Below the pieces are notes generated by a model. It ran no database searches. It saw only the letters and a list, made by a program, of their open reading frames with translations, and was not told where the DNA came from. A stretch of DNA of 60,061 bases, filler included, from Dimargaris cristalligena (lineage: Eukaryota): assembly GCA_003614675.1 (NCBI GenBank). It is 2 parts of 2 records of this genome, joined end to end, with 100 filler letters (N's around TTAATTAATTAA, not from the genome) between each part and the next. Parts side by side here need not be neighbours in the genome. Positions count along the whole stretch, not along the records: positions 1 to 30,000 come from ML002468.1; 1 more part is not named here. The stretch is one strand, 5' to 3'. Made by a program: the position numbers and the translations under genes. Positions 1 through 11,107 of this stretch are shown here, one piece after another (the first letter of the stretch is position 1; each line of letters opens with the position of its first letter).

Positions 1-55
1 TCTATAGATACTACACCCTTTAATAGTTTAGAACCATCCCATCGGTGATCACCCA
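1..55 (+). repeat. Exact 55-nt direct repeat, copy 1 (copy 2 at 11053-11107)
   Basis: TCTATAGATACTACACCCTTTAATAGTTTAGAACCATCCCATCGGTGATCACCCA is identical at both sites and diverges at base 56. Confidence 0.95.
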
Positions 56-1286
56 TCCATTTATATACCGGTTTGATAGTTTTCTTTTATTTTCTAAAGT
101 ACTAATATTGTAGGATAAAATTCTAATATATGTTAGCGGTATTATGATAACAGCTAGTTCCTCTGATTACTATAAAACCAGCGTAATGCATCAATTAGTT
201 TTGATTAGAAAAGAGAAGAACTGTAAAAAGAGCATTAGTTCTCCTCCACGGCAATACTTACTAGTCGTAATGATACGTATTTAGCCAGTGAGGCTGTGGG
301 GGTACGGGGTTGCTGTAGGGAGCTCGGGAGAAACGGGGGTACAGGAGGCGGAAAGGTTCCCTACCGCCAATATCGATGATAAACACTAATAATAGCACTA
401 ATAAAAGAAGGGCGCGGGAGAAGCAACTAAACACTAGTACTAGACAATGCTCAATGAGACATGAGGGTACACTGGTCTGATTTATTCATGATTCGGCGAT
501 TCTGCTGGTATTTATACCGTAACAGCGAGTGTAAGTGTTACCAAATATATGGTGAAAATAGTTTAGATGGTTCAGAATGAGCAATCCGAGTACGATCTGT
601 TATCAGATTAATGAACCAGTGGAAATGACAAACCGACCAGAGTTATGGCCATTTGGCTATTGTGTCTTCGTATCCGATATATCGATAAAGCACGCCATGC
701 GTAGCGGTAGGGATTGATAATGGATCTCCACGGTAGAAACGTTTCACGTAAATTGGCCCATACGAAGTCGCCGTTACCAAAGGTGCAAATACGTATGGGG
801 ATATCAGAGGGGGGTAATGGTCATACAATGATGTTACGATGACTACTTTAAGTATTATACTATAAACAAACATTAAAAGACTGTAATTCAATTAATAATA
901 AAAACAAAGGTGACAGTCAATTGATAGGATCTTGATTAGAAACCCAGGTCGATCGGGTATGGTAATGTGGATCAAAATGGGTGTATAATAGTTGGATGCG
1001 GATTACACATCGGATATAAGTAGTATGTGAATGGTATGCAATCATTACGAGATAAATTAATTGTAAAAATTATGAATATGTATATGTATCTTGAAATGTG
1101 CAAAAATTAGTTGGTTTAGGTGACCATAAAGAGAGGTGAGAATGTGGGTGTGAAAAGGAAAGAGGGTGTCAAAAAAACTAGCTAGTTTACAGCACGGACA
1201 TTTTTTCGTGCAAATGAGTGATTCCCAAATTAATGGCTAAACTACAAATAGTCCCCTAAACACCAAAGAAAAAGAAAAAAAAGGAA

Positions 1287-4200
1287 TTACGATTCAAGGG
1301 CCTGCTGAATCCACTGCATACCCTTTAGCAGAGCGTAATTCTTAGCCTGTTTGGTCTGCCGGGTAATGGGGCGCTGGTGTAAATCAGTGGTATGGGCAGG
1401 ATGGGGATGCGTTGACGACGCCGCCGACAACACAGTCGCAGTCGCCGTATTGCCATGGGTATGGGCGGGGGTAGGTCGCCGAGATTTAATGGTCCCGGCC
1501 GCGTTAGCCCGGTCGTGAGCTTTCGCCCGCGACGCAAAGGTCGGATTAGCCAGGGTATTTGATCCCGCCCCCGGACAGGCCGAGCAACCTCCCCCACCGG
1601 ATCGTGGAAGCCCGTGGCTACCGTTAAGGACATACTGATGATTGGCAAAGGGAGCAGTCGCCGCCGCTCCTCCTAACGACGGGGGCGAAACACGGCGACT
1701 CGAGCTTTTGGACCGCGATACCGGAGGCGGATGGGGCGCGGCCATTAAATTATGGGGCGATGGTAACTGGGCCGCCGACTGACGAATATCGTATAACGCC
1801 GACAGTTGAAGGCTCTTAATGTCAATCAGGGAGATCAATTCCTTCAATTGTTTGCCCACCGCGCGACGGGCCCTTAGTTTAGGGGTGTCTTTCACATGGG
1901 GGTATTGGGGCTGACGATGGCTGGTCGCAAAGGCGGTATCCAAAGAAGGGTCCAGCTGTTCGTACTCGTGCACCAGGGTTTGGTATTTGGTTTTCAGTTG
2001 GACGAACTCCTGTTCCACTTCGGTGATGAGCGTGTCGATATGGTGGCAGGTAATCGATGGTGCAGCTCCCCCGGTGGTGGTAAGAGGGATAACGTCTGGG
2101 CCACTGTGGAGTTGTTCCAGACTGTATGGCAACGGGTCGGCATCGAGCGAGGGGGGGCTATGGTGGGAGCACGACCGGTGGGCCTGGGCGGAGTTGGAAT
2201 TTTGGATAGTTCGCAGTAATTGGCGAATTTCAGTCCAGGGGCAGCCGGCCTGATGATGAACGGCCATTGGTGACGAACCGTGGGGCTGGCGCGCTTCCCA
2301 GACCTTCCATTCCGGCGGCTCCGAAGGTTCCGCCGAGTTGGTGCGTGGATTTGCAGCAGCAGTGGCCACTCCTGCATGACACAGGGGACACCGATCCCGG
2401 GGCTGGGTCTGCAACAGGGCCAACAGTTGCTGGTAATTGGCGGACATGGATGGGGAGGCATCGTGGAGACCTGGGCCGGTAACAAAGGCGGGGGGCTGGC
2501 GTGAGTGGGCCCGGCTATGTTCGTGACTCTGACCCTGACAATGGCCGTGGTCATGGGTATGGGTTTGGGTCGAGACTGGGTGGCGTGCAGTGACCCGCGG
2601 GGAGGACGCCATCTTGGAATTGGGTTGTTTGGGGGAATAATGCTGGTCCAATACGGTTATGGAGTCCCGGAGTTCACTAGGTTCTGATACGTAAGAATCT
2701 TCCCAACCATGGGTATTGCCCACCTCCCGGGATACTGGTGGAATATGGGGTTGTTGTGCAGGTGAGGCCCGGCTCGACGACTTAGCCCGTTGCAGTTTGC
2801 GAAGGGCTGCCATTTCCTGGGCCGAGGCCTGGGGCGGAGGATTGGCTTCTGTTCGGTTTTCCATCCGCACACTAACCGGGGTAAGTCGAACCGGGGGGGA
2901 CCGCCTCGCCGAGCGAGGCGCAGTGAACGATTGCGACCTATCTAAGGGCGGTGGAACGTGATGGTCACTCGCACCATGATCAAATGGATGGCGCTGGGCC
3001 TGCTGGGGAGAGGGTGATAAGGGACGGTTCTGAGTGACCGGCGAAAGCCCATGGAATGGAGTCTCAACGGCCGGCTGGTGGAGTTGACTGAACGTATCAT
3101 TACCATTATCACCATCATCGACATTTCCATGAAAAGGCGGAGGTGCTAAATCAAACCGGGTTCGGCTGGAAGTGGGGCGAGATCCCGTTGACGTAGGTGG
3201 TTCGGGGTTCGCGGGCCGGGCGGGGTGAGCTTGCGCGGATGATTTAGGTGTGGTGCGAACACTGGCCGCATCCCACTCCGATGGGGGAGCAGTATCACGG
3301 TGGGTGTTACTGAACCCCGTGGGACCATCACTGGGGTCACGACCATTGTCCCAAAGGGATGGTCGCACCTGAGTAGCCATTTCACGCGTAGCAGCACCCC
3401 GTTTCTTGCGAGTTGATGTCGACGAAGGTGGTGATAACGGCTCATTCTCATAGCCATCGTTGTAGGAGACCGGACGCTGACTAGGGTGAGCATCGGGTTG
3501 GGCCGAATGGGGCCGGCAAAACGCCCCCGAATCATCCCGCTGGCCCGAAGCCGAGGGGGGAGGTGAACCGTCCAAACGTTGCTTCGCCAACGGTTTGGCA
3601 GGGTCGGGGGATTGCGCCGCGGTGGTGGGTCTCAAACGCTGTTCAAGCGGCGCACGGGTATGAGGGTGTGGGGAATTTAATCCAGGGACCCGTTCGCGGT
3701 TTTTCGTTGCTGGAGGATGGCGACCACCCGCTAGCGAAATGGACCGAGCGAGTGACAACGGCAGCGGATCCAATTGAGAGAGGCCCTCGGTCATGAAGGA
3801 AGATCCGGGCGAATCCAGGTCCACCCGGGATAGGGCCTCCGATAGAGCGTCTGAATCGTATGCCTCCCCGGTTTCTTCCAAGGCGGGGAGACCGTCCGGC
3901 TGCCGCTTATGTTTGCGACGCGACATTTTATCCGCGGTCCGTCGGTGACTGGAAGGGTGTTTCGGTTCCTTGCGCCTCGACTTACGGTCTTTTTCACCCT
4001 CCTCCGGTGTGGTGGTGGTGGTTCCCGCTGCTTCAACATCCATTTGGCGGACCCTTTCTGTTTCCTGAACGAGCCGTTGCAGTTCAAACCGGTACATTTC
4101 AATGGTCTCGAGGGCCATTAACCGTTCTTCGCGCTGCATTTCGTCGTAGGACGAACCGACGGATCCCCGGCCGGTGGGACTTCCAGCGGATGTGGCCGTC

Positions 4201-7200
4201 GGTAACCTCGGTTGCGAAGATAAAGGGGGCAGCGGTGGGGAGGTGATGGACGAATAGAAGGCGGCCGAAGGCAAAGGGGCCGTTTCCGACCGCCGCAATA
4301 ATCCGGAGGCCATGGGGCTGGCTTGCTGATCAACTCCCCGGGGACGGGGTGGAGTAGGGCGGGGACTCGTTCCGAAATTGCGCACCACGAACCTATCCTG
4401 CTGGAGGTGGTTGGCCAAGGGCTTACCCCTCCCTCCACGCGGTGAATCATGCTCGGGATGCTGATCCATTGGCTCGTAGGCATCGCTGGCCTGGTTGGGG
4501 ATATCCAGTGAGGCAGTCAAGTCGGGCAAGTCAGCTACCTCTCTACCATCATCACCAACCTGATTACCATTTAGCTTTTGGGACTCGGTCTGTTCCCCAT
4601 ACTGCTGAAGCAGTGCCCCAAATTGCTGGGAATAGTGGGTCAGGCTGTCAATTTGTCGCGTGATATCCTCCTTTTGCTGGAAAGCGGCCATCAAAGCTCG
4701 CTGAATGGCATCCACCTCGTTATTCGCCGCCGACGTCTGGGGGGGTCCCAATGGTTCGTCGGGGAAATACCAGGTTAGATTAGAAGGGTCATCACTATTT
4801 GCCAACGGGTTGGAGTCTTCGGCTTGATTGACGGAATGGGCCGAATTGTCCGACTGACGACCGGTCATCTCCAGTTTGCGGGCGGACCCCGGGGTTGAAG
4901 AGTGGGTTGGTGTTATTGTTGTCTTGGGTGTTGAACTCATGATCGGTGTTTTCCGTTTTGGGGCGGGCGTTCCCAGCATGGAAGTTTGGGTAGCCAGCGT
5001 AATGGTGGGCTGGGGCGTAGTTGATGTAGCTACCGTCCCCGGTTTCCGCATTTCACCCAACTGCCGCTGCAACTCGCGGATCGTTTGTTCCAGCGATGTA
5101 TTCTCCGATTCCAGATTATACAGCTTGTTTTGGAGGTACATGAGAGCCCGCACCATGGCTTCGCCCTGGAGTTCCTGGGGTACACTGGCCAGGGGTTTAT
5201 GTTGGGGCACGGCGGAACCGCGGGTAAGGTGGGATTTCCGGGCCATGCTTTGTAACAGGGGAGTCTCCTTAGTGGCGGATTGCCCATGGGGATAGTGGGG
5301 GAAGGACGAGGTCAAGGCCGGGGCCGGGACGGTTGATAACGGGGGTCGGGGACTCTTTGGGTCCACCTCGGAGGGAGGATCCGCCAAGGAACTCCGCATC
5401 GATGTCCGAATACTAAGTTCCGATCCGTAAAGACGGGGGTTTTTCATCGGACCCCGCCGTAGCTCCGATTGACTGCCCGCACTGTGCATACCAGGCTGCG
5501 GTGTACTGCCATTAAGGTAATAGTTACCGTCCTGGTGGTTGAATCTAGGGGTAGCGAGGTGGTCCACTTCGTAAATATCGGGTAGTCGGAAGGAAGATGA
5601 TACGATGGACAAGGGTGTTTGGTTGAAGCGGCGGGCGTCGGCCTTCAGCGGAGTCTGCGAACTATCGGCTGCCAGGGGAATGGGCACGGCCTGGGGAAGG
5701 ATCGCAGCTGGGGACGGTGGCGCTTCGCCGGAAGGGGCCGATTGCCGGGGGGACGCAACGGTGACTTCCGAAGCCCGTTTAGACTGGGATGCACTCGAAT
5801 TGGTCGATATATCGCCCGATGTGCTCCGCATCTGTAGGACCCGGGCCGGTTCGTTCGTATGAGCCTGGGGAGTGCTCGTCCAGTTAAACTCGAAACGGGC
5901 CGCTGGGTCCGACAGATGGCGATGGCCATGAGCACCGGCTAGCAAGCCGCCATTGTCGGCATGGTCATCGTCATCTTGCTCTGAATGACGCCGAATGGGG
6001 GTCGGTTGGAGGTGGGACGTCGACCGGACGGGCTGGGCGGGTGACGAATGGCTGCGCTCCAATGCCAAATTAGGTACAAACCCCCTCTGAGCAGCGGGGT
6101 AGTTACCCACCGGGGGTCGAGCCTGGGCGGGCGCGGCCCTATTCGATCTTACGGTTTCCGCATCGGAAATATCCTGAGTAGTGGCCGGTTTGCTGGAGGG
6201 GCTAGGGACCATCTGTTTAGCAACGGAACCCAAGAAGCTCTCTAAGCTACCTGAGGCTTGGGTGGGGTCCCCGCTATTTTGGCTCGAATGGCGCGACTCC
6301 AGCAGTTTTTGGGAAAATACGCTATAGCTGCGCTGATGGGCGGAACCACCGTGTTCCGTGGGTTTGGACATAAAATCGAAGGACTCCTCTTCGCCGGCGG
6401 CGGCTTCGGTGCTGATTGTAATATCGTCAGCAATGGAGAAATCGGATAAATGGCTGGGAATATGGTGGGTATCCTCCCGGGTCGTCGACGAGGAGTGGAG
6501 GGTAGATTCACTGGGCCGAGGCGGGGCGGTCAAGTCGTTGCTAAGTGTAGAGGGACGCCGTGGCAGTGAGTTGGTCAGTGCATTCGTAGAGCTGGTGGGA
6601 TAGTTAGGACCGGTGGCCTTATCACCTGGCCGGCCGCCGGCTTCCATTACACCGTTAGGATCGATTGAAGCCAACGCCGCTGACGATGTCACGGAGGAAA
6701 ATGACCCAGAGGACAGGAAGTTGGATTTATGGAGTGGGTGGGGCGTGGTCGGTGGCTTAGGGCGATGTCCCAATAGTAGGCCTCGCGGCGAAGTCATGCC
6801 TGAACGGTCCAATTGGAACCGGGCGCGCTGAACGCGGGGTCCACCGGGTGATATGGATTGGAGGGGGGCCATTCGATCATCTGACATCGGAGCCAACGAC
6901 GGAGGGGCGATGGGGGTGGTGCGGCGGGGGGAGGGGAGGTAATGATACCCGGAATCCTCCACGGGCCGTTGGGATAATGATGGCGAGATGGTTGACGATA
7001 AAAAGCGGCCGGTCTCCGGGTTCGCAGACTCAGCGGAAGGGATTGGTCGACGGGGTGTTTGGGGGGATGCAGCAGCTCCTGAGGAGGACGCCGGCCGGTG
7101 CATATCCGGGGACTTCGAATTGCCCGCTGGGCGGATAGCCTCTTCCTCCAGATCCATGTGACTAGTGCCGAACATTGCCTGCGTGAGGCGGTTATGACCA

Positions 7201-9320
7201 ACCACGGGCGATAGGGCAACGGACGAGTGCCCAGTTGCCCCGGGATAACCGTGGTTCAGACTCGGGATGGACGGAGAAGGCGAGTTATTCAAGAGCATGG
7301 GTTCCCGAGGCGGCTTAGGGGTAGACATAAACGGTAAATTCGGGTAGTTGGGTTTGGTCAGGTGGGTTGTGGTGGTTGATGATGACGATAATGATGATGG
7401 TGGTGGTGGTGGTGACCGGCGGGATTGAGCTGTTGTCGGTGGGGGCAGAGCTGGTGACCGCGACAGTGATGATGATGAGGACGACGACGCTACTGAATGA
7501 TTGGGCTCGGGTGCCCGGTTTGAGGCCATCCTTGCCAAAGACGACGTGGCCGTGTTTGGCCCGGTGTGATCTAACCCCCATTGGGACGAAGGCTCGGTTA
7601 GACTCGATGGTCCATCTCCGTAGGAGCGATGGACGAAGGAAGCGGGAGAAGCCGATCCGGGCCGGCTCTTGGATCGGAAACTATCTGTGATAAGATCCGA
7701 CTCGGTGATTCGGGTACTCGTCTCCACGGGAAACCGTGATGTCGATGGGTGGGGGTTCGTTTCCGCGGCCCAGCTGGATACGGAATGATCCGATGATCTA
7801 TCGTCGTGACGCGGGGGCGAGTGATCAAGGATAAACTCGGACACTGCTTTACGCAAAGGGGGTTGGGACAGGTGTTGCAATTGTGGCTGTGGCTGGGGTT
7901 GGTCGAACTGGCCCCGAAATTGGTTGAAGTGGTTAGTAAGCGATGGCTTAGCGGGGGAGTCGCGGGGAGGGCTTATGGGATTGCGCTGGTTAGTGTGGTG
8001 GTGTTGGTGTTGTTGCTGTTGGTGGTGGGGCCGTTGGGTGTGATGGCCTAGCTCGGGATATGACATGGGGGTACTATAAACTGACGCCGAATCAACGGCA
8101 AAAGATGGTGACGAAGACCTTGATGAGGCGGCGGAAGGGGGCTGGGAAGCGATACCGGTTTGATGCAGTGACAGCTGGACTGGGTCGCGTTGAATAGCCT
8201 GATTTAACTCAGCCGAAAGCCTGTCCAGACCGTTCCGCGTAGTCGGTGGGCCGAACATACCCTGTAGCATTTCGGAGGTATACAGGGTTCCGGCTCCGGT
8301 AGCATGCTCACCCTCGTCTGAATCATCGTGGGGGTGGGGATTAAAGTGACTATCCTCGTCACTGATGTGGTCGCCGTCGTCTACATTACTATTAGCCTCA
8401 TTTTCATTTTCATTTTCATTTTCATTATAATCGTCTCCCCGCTGAAGGTGATCCAGGTCCAACCCGTAGCGGTGGGAACCGGGGGGTGGTGGCTGGGACT
8501 GGGGGGTCGTCAAGGCGGATTTCCACATATCTTTGGGGAATACCCGGGAGGGCTGGAACGAGATATCGGCAGCACTGGGTGTCCACTGGGCGTGATCCGG
8601 GTGGGTTTTGGCGGATGGGGTCATCATGGATATCGGATTGGGCATATCTTCGCTATCTCCGTAGCCGTCGGAGCCGGGGTGGGAGCGGAGCAGGAAATCG
8701 GGTTCTTCGTTGATTTCGAAATCCAAGGGGGACATCTCGTCGTCCATCGATAGGGACCCAGATGGGCCTCCCCCCCTCACGGACCGGTGTGCGGACGAGT
8801 GGTTTAATGAAGAGGCCGAGGTCGACGGCCGTCTCATCCCTCCATTCTGGTGCCTATCGACCACGGCCGCGGGATGCAATGGGAACCGACGGGGGGTATT
8901 GGGTGACAGGGGCATGCTGCCCATGGTGAGGGTGCCGAACGAAAGGTTGGCCAGTTCCTGACTCAGGTCGGTGGTATTGATATGCCGGGCGTAGTTCACA
9001 GCTCCGTCGGAGGATTCGAGTTCGCTGCTATTAATGGAGTCGCCGGGGTGGTGGATATTAGGGTGGGTATAACTGGTATCGAGACTCGGACTGCCGGGCC
9101 GCAGACGCTTGGGCTGGCGAGCGGGATAGTGGTAGTCGGAGTGGTGGGGCGGGGGGGACGTGTGGTAGGGGAATGGGGACGCGGCAGTGGTGGTGGGACG
9201 GTGACGAGGGGAACGACGGAATAAGTCGGGGTCGTTCATGAAATGGTCGCAGTCGTCAATGAGATCCTTGCCGGTTTGCTCGAGGCTCTCGAGCATAGCA
9301 TCGGAGATTATGGGGGGCAT
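1287..9320 (-). CDS. Giant Cep57/Ppc89-like spindle pole body or centrosome protein (~2677 aa, single exon)
   Basis: Uninterrupted ORF; the first ATG is at 9320 (MPPIISDAML), and the upstream ORF part is simple-repeat sequence. A coiled coil at ~5050-5170 (GEAMVRALMYLQNKLYNLESENTSLEQTIRELQRQL) resembles the Cep57 centrosome-localisation domain. The C-terminal LITEVEQEFVQLKTKYQTLVHEYEQLDPS...RRAVGKQLKELISLIDIKSLQLSALYD (~1785-2040) resembles the Cep57/Ppc89 microtubule-binding domain. The rest is S/P/H-rich and probably disordered. Confidence 0.72.
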   Translation of the reverse strand: MPPIISDAMLESLEQTGKDLIDDCDHFMNDPDLFRRSPRHRPTTTAASPFPYHTSPPPHHSDYHYPARQPKRLRPGSPSLDTSYTHPNIHHPGDSINSSELESSDGAVNYARHINTTDLSQELANLSFGTLTMGSMPLSPNTPRRFPLHPAAVVDRHQNGGMRRPSTSASSLNHSSAHRSVRGGGPSGSLSMDDEMSPLDFEINEEPDFLLRSHPGSDGYGDSEDMPNPISMMTPSAKTHPDHAQWTPSAADISFQPSRVFPKDMWKSALTTPQSQPPPPGSHRYGLDLDHLQRGDDYNENENENENEANSNVDDGDHISDEDSHFNPHPHDDSDEGEHATGAGTLYTSEMLQGMFGPPTTRNGLDRLSAELNQAIQRDPVQLSLHQTGIASQPPSAASSRSSSPSFAVDSASVYSTPMSYPELGHHTQRPHHQQQQHQHHHTNQRNPISPPRDSPAKPSLTNHFNQFRGQFDQPQPQPQLQHLSQPPLRKAVSEFILDHSPPRHDDRSSDHSVSSWAAETNPHPSTSRFPVETSTRITESDLITDSFRSKSRPGSASPASFVHRSYGDGPSSLTEPSSQWGLDHTGPNTATSSLARMASNRAPEPNHSVASSSSSSSLSRSPALPPPTTAQSRRSPPPPPSSLSSSSTTTTHLTKPNYPNLPFMSTPKPPREPMLLNNSPSPSIPSLNHGYPGATGHSSVALSPVVGHNRLTQAMFGTSHMDLEEEAIRPAGNSKSPDMHRPASSSGAAASPQTPRRPIPSAESANPETGRFLSSTISPSLSQRPVEDSGYHYLPSPRRTTPIAPPSLAPMSDDRMAPLQSISPGGPRVQRARFQLDRSGMTSPRGLLLGHRPKPPTTPHPLHKSNFLSSGSFSSVTSSAALASIDPNGVMEAGGRPGDKATGPNYPTSSTNALTNSLPRRPSTLSNDLTAPPRPSESTLHSSSTTREDTHHIPSHLSDFSIADDITISTEAAAGEEESFDFMSKPTEHGGSAHQRSYSVFSQKLLESRHSSQNSGDPTQASGSLESFLGSVAKQMVPSPSSKPATTQDISDAETVRSNRAAPAQARPPVGNYPAAQRGFVPNLALERSHSSPAQPVRSTSHLQPTPIRRHSEQDDDDHADNGGLLAGAHGHRHLSDPAARFEFNWTSTPQAHTNEPARVLQMRSTSGDISTNSSASQSKRASEVTVASPRQSAPSGEAPPSPAAILPQAVPIPLAADSSQTPLKADARRFNQTPLSIVSSSFRLPDIYEVDHLATPRFNHQDGNYYLNGSTPQPGMHSAGSQSELRRGPMKNPRLYGSELSIRTSMRSSLADPPSEVDPKSPRPPLSTVPAPALTSSFPHYPHGQSATKETPLLQSMARKSHLTRGSAVPQHKPLASVPQELQGEAMVRALMYLQNKLYNLESENTSLEQTIRELQRQLGEMRKPGTVATSTTPQPTITLATQTSMLGTPAPKRKTPIMSSTPKTTITPTHSSTPGSARKLEMTGRQSDNSAHSVNQAEDSNPLANSDDPSNLTWYFPDEPLGPPQTSAANNEVDAIQRALMAAFQQKEDITRQIDSLTHYSQQFGALLQQYGEQTESQKLNGNQVGDDGREVADLPDLTASLDIPNQASDAYEPMDQHPEHDSPRGGRGKPLANHLQQDRFVVRNFGTSPRPTPPRPRGVDQQASPMASGLLRRSETAPLPSAAFYSSITSPPLPPLSSQPRLPTATSAGSPTGRGSVGSSYDEMQREERLMALETIEMYRFELQRLVQETERVRQMDVEAAGTTTTTPEEGEKDRKSRRKEPKHPSSHRRTADKMSRRKHKRQPDGLPALEETGEAYDSDALSEALSRVDLDSPGSSFMTEGLSQLDPLPLSLARSISLAGGRHPPATKNRERVPGLNSPHPHTRAPLEQRLRPTTAAQSPDPAKPLAKQRLDGSPPPSASGQRDDSGAFCRPHSAQPDAHPSQRPVSYNDGYENEPLSPPSSTSTRKKRGAATREMATQVRPSLWDNGRDPSDGPTGFSNTHRDTAPPSEWDAASVRTTPKSSAQAHPARPANPEPPTSTGSRPTSSRTRFDLAPPPFHGNVDDGDNGNDTFSQLHQPAVETPFHGLSPVTQNRPLSPSPQQAQRHPFDHGASDHHVPPPLDRSQSFTAPRSARRSPPVRLTPVSVRMENRTEANPPPQASAQEMAALRKLQRAKSSSRASPAQQPHIPPVSREVGNTHGWEDSYVSEPSELRDSITVLDQHYSPKQPNSKMASSPRVTARHPVSTQTHTHDHGHCQGQSHEHSRAHSRQPPAFVTGPGLHDASPSMSANYQQLLALLQTQPRDRCPLCHAGVATAAANPRTNSAEPSEPPEWKVWEARQPHGSSPMAVHHQAGCPWTEIRQLLRTIQNSNSAQAHRSCSHHSPPSLDADPLPYSLEQLHSGPDVIPLTTTGGAAPSITCHHIDTLITEVEQEFVQLKTKYQTLVHEYEQLDPSLDTAFATSHRQPQYPHVKDTPKLRARRAVGKQLKELISLIDIKSLQLSALYDIRQSAAQLPSPHNLMAAPHPPPVSRSKSSSRRVSPPSLGGAAATAPFANHQYVLNGSHGLPRSGGGGCSACPGAGSNTLANPTFASRAKAHDRANAAGTIKSRRPTPAHTHGNTATATVLSAASSTHPHPAHTTDLHQRPITRQTKQAKNYALLKGMQWIQQALES

Positions 9321-9874
9321 GGTGAGGAGAGGAGGGACTTGGGTGTATGTGGGAGGGTATGTATGTAGGTAGGTAGGTAGGTATGAGTGGTATATGTATG
9401 GTATGTAGGCTGGTTGGCGCAGGCGGGGACGGTGGTTTTGTGGCAAACGAGAGGGAAGCGCCGTGAGATGGGTCGACGAACGGGAGGAGTTTTATTACAG
9501 GGGAAGAAGGAGTTAGAGGTCACGGACAATGGGAGCACTGCAATTCAAAGTGTGAGGGTGAGGAATATATAAGAAAACAAACTATGTAAGAAGGAATGGA
9601 ATGGAATGAAATGAAATGAAACGAGAGAAGGCTAGGAAAGGGAAGGGAAGGAGTCGGCTAGAATTACACGTCAGGGCTGGAAAGTGGAGTTTGAAATAAC
9701 GGTGGGAGAAGGAGATATTTATTAAAAAAGATGCTGTTAGTCAAAACAAAGCAAAGAGAGAGGGCCAGCCAAATTACCCTCTCTACCAATATAACACGAG
9801 GCGCAACAACTGTTGCTGCGTCACGTCGATACGGCCGTCAGGGGTTCAGTCTTCCTGACCAGAGCGGCGGGTGC

Positions 9875-9880
9875 CTCTCG

Positions 9881-9930
<50 letters not shown>

Positions 9931-9944
9931 CTCTTGCTCTCTCG
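9875..9944. repeat. (CT)n microsatellite
   Basis: Long CT run with a few interruptions, upstream of the Cep57-like gene. Confidence 0.95.
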
Positions 9945-10921
9945 CCTTGGAAGCAAAAAGACTCAGGAGAGAAGGAAAGAGGTCTCTCTCCTAAGCCGAT
10001 GGCAGTGTACCGACCGGCTGGGGCCGCCGACTAAAGTTTACAGCCAAATAGACTTTCCGCCCGTCTAAAGAGCTCGCTGCTGCTGCTCTGCTCCCCTTTC
10101 GCGACGGAGCACTCTTAAACCTACGACTTCGTCCGCCCTGGGAAAGCCTAACCAGGCGCCTAGTATAGCTGCTCGCATGGTAGGCCAGTAGTAGTGGCAC
10201 TACCACCACCATACCCATATTCCTTTTTAGCCGCGCTGTGTCTCTTATAGCAAATCCAGTGGCACATCTGGCTGGTCAAACTAACCTAAACCAAAGCAAA
10301 GCAAAGCAAAACAACAACAACCGCCATCACCCGCACTCATTTTCCCTGGATCCGCCTATTCCTTCGCCACTGGCTATCCCTGGCCCCGGCACACCTCTCC
10401 CCCTTTTATCCCTACAGTTCCTTATCCATGATTGCTGGTGCATGGAGCAAGTGTATCCCTCTATCCAGGTTAACGTTCCATCTCCCCTCCCCCATGTTTA
10501 TTCACTGAATACCAAACGATTGGCATGGTATCCTACTTACTTACCTACTTATTTACCTACCCGACACTACTCCTGCCCTCTCTCCCCATACATCATCCCA
10601 CTGCCAATCCCCGCTTATCCGTTTTCCTATTCTTCTTCTTCGGCTACTGGTTCTTTCTAAAAAGAGCTGCACCAAGCTGTGCCGGAGTGAACAGGTGGAG
10701 ACAGGCGGCTGCATAACCTTTCTTCTACGATTTGCTCTAAAACGAGTCCCCTCCTTCCCGCCACATCCGATGGGTTGAGAGGGCCACGGAAAAAATAGGA
10801 GTAATTACAGGATGGGGGGTAGTGCGTCCGCCTCCCTCTTTGTCCAATCCAATCCATTCCATGGAGATCGCCGGATGATTTGGAGTATTATATATCCTTT
10901 GCCTGGCATAAGCGAGTTCCC

Positions 10922-11014
10922 TTTACATTTTACATTTACATTTACATTTACATTTACATTTACATTTACATTTACATTTACATTTACATTGGTATTGGTA
11001 TTGGTATTGGTATT
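10922..11014. repeat. Compound hexanucleotide microsatellite (TTTACA)~11 followed by (TTGGTA)~4
   Basis: Read directly from the sequence. Confidence 0.95.
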
Positions 11015-11052
11015 GAGGCGTATCCAAGTGGGCGGCACGTGGTTGCATCGAA

Positions 11053-11107
11053 TCTATAGATACTACACCCTTTAATAGTTTAGAACCATCCCATCGGTGA
11101 TCACCCA
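11053..11107 (+). repeat. Exact 55-nt direct repeat, copy 2
   Basis: Identical to 1-55. Confidence 0.95.

Noticed and set aside
9321..9446. N-terminal extension of the 2719-aa ORF
   Set aside because: Non-ATG start and (CTAC/ATAC)n simple repeats; likely 5' UTR.
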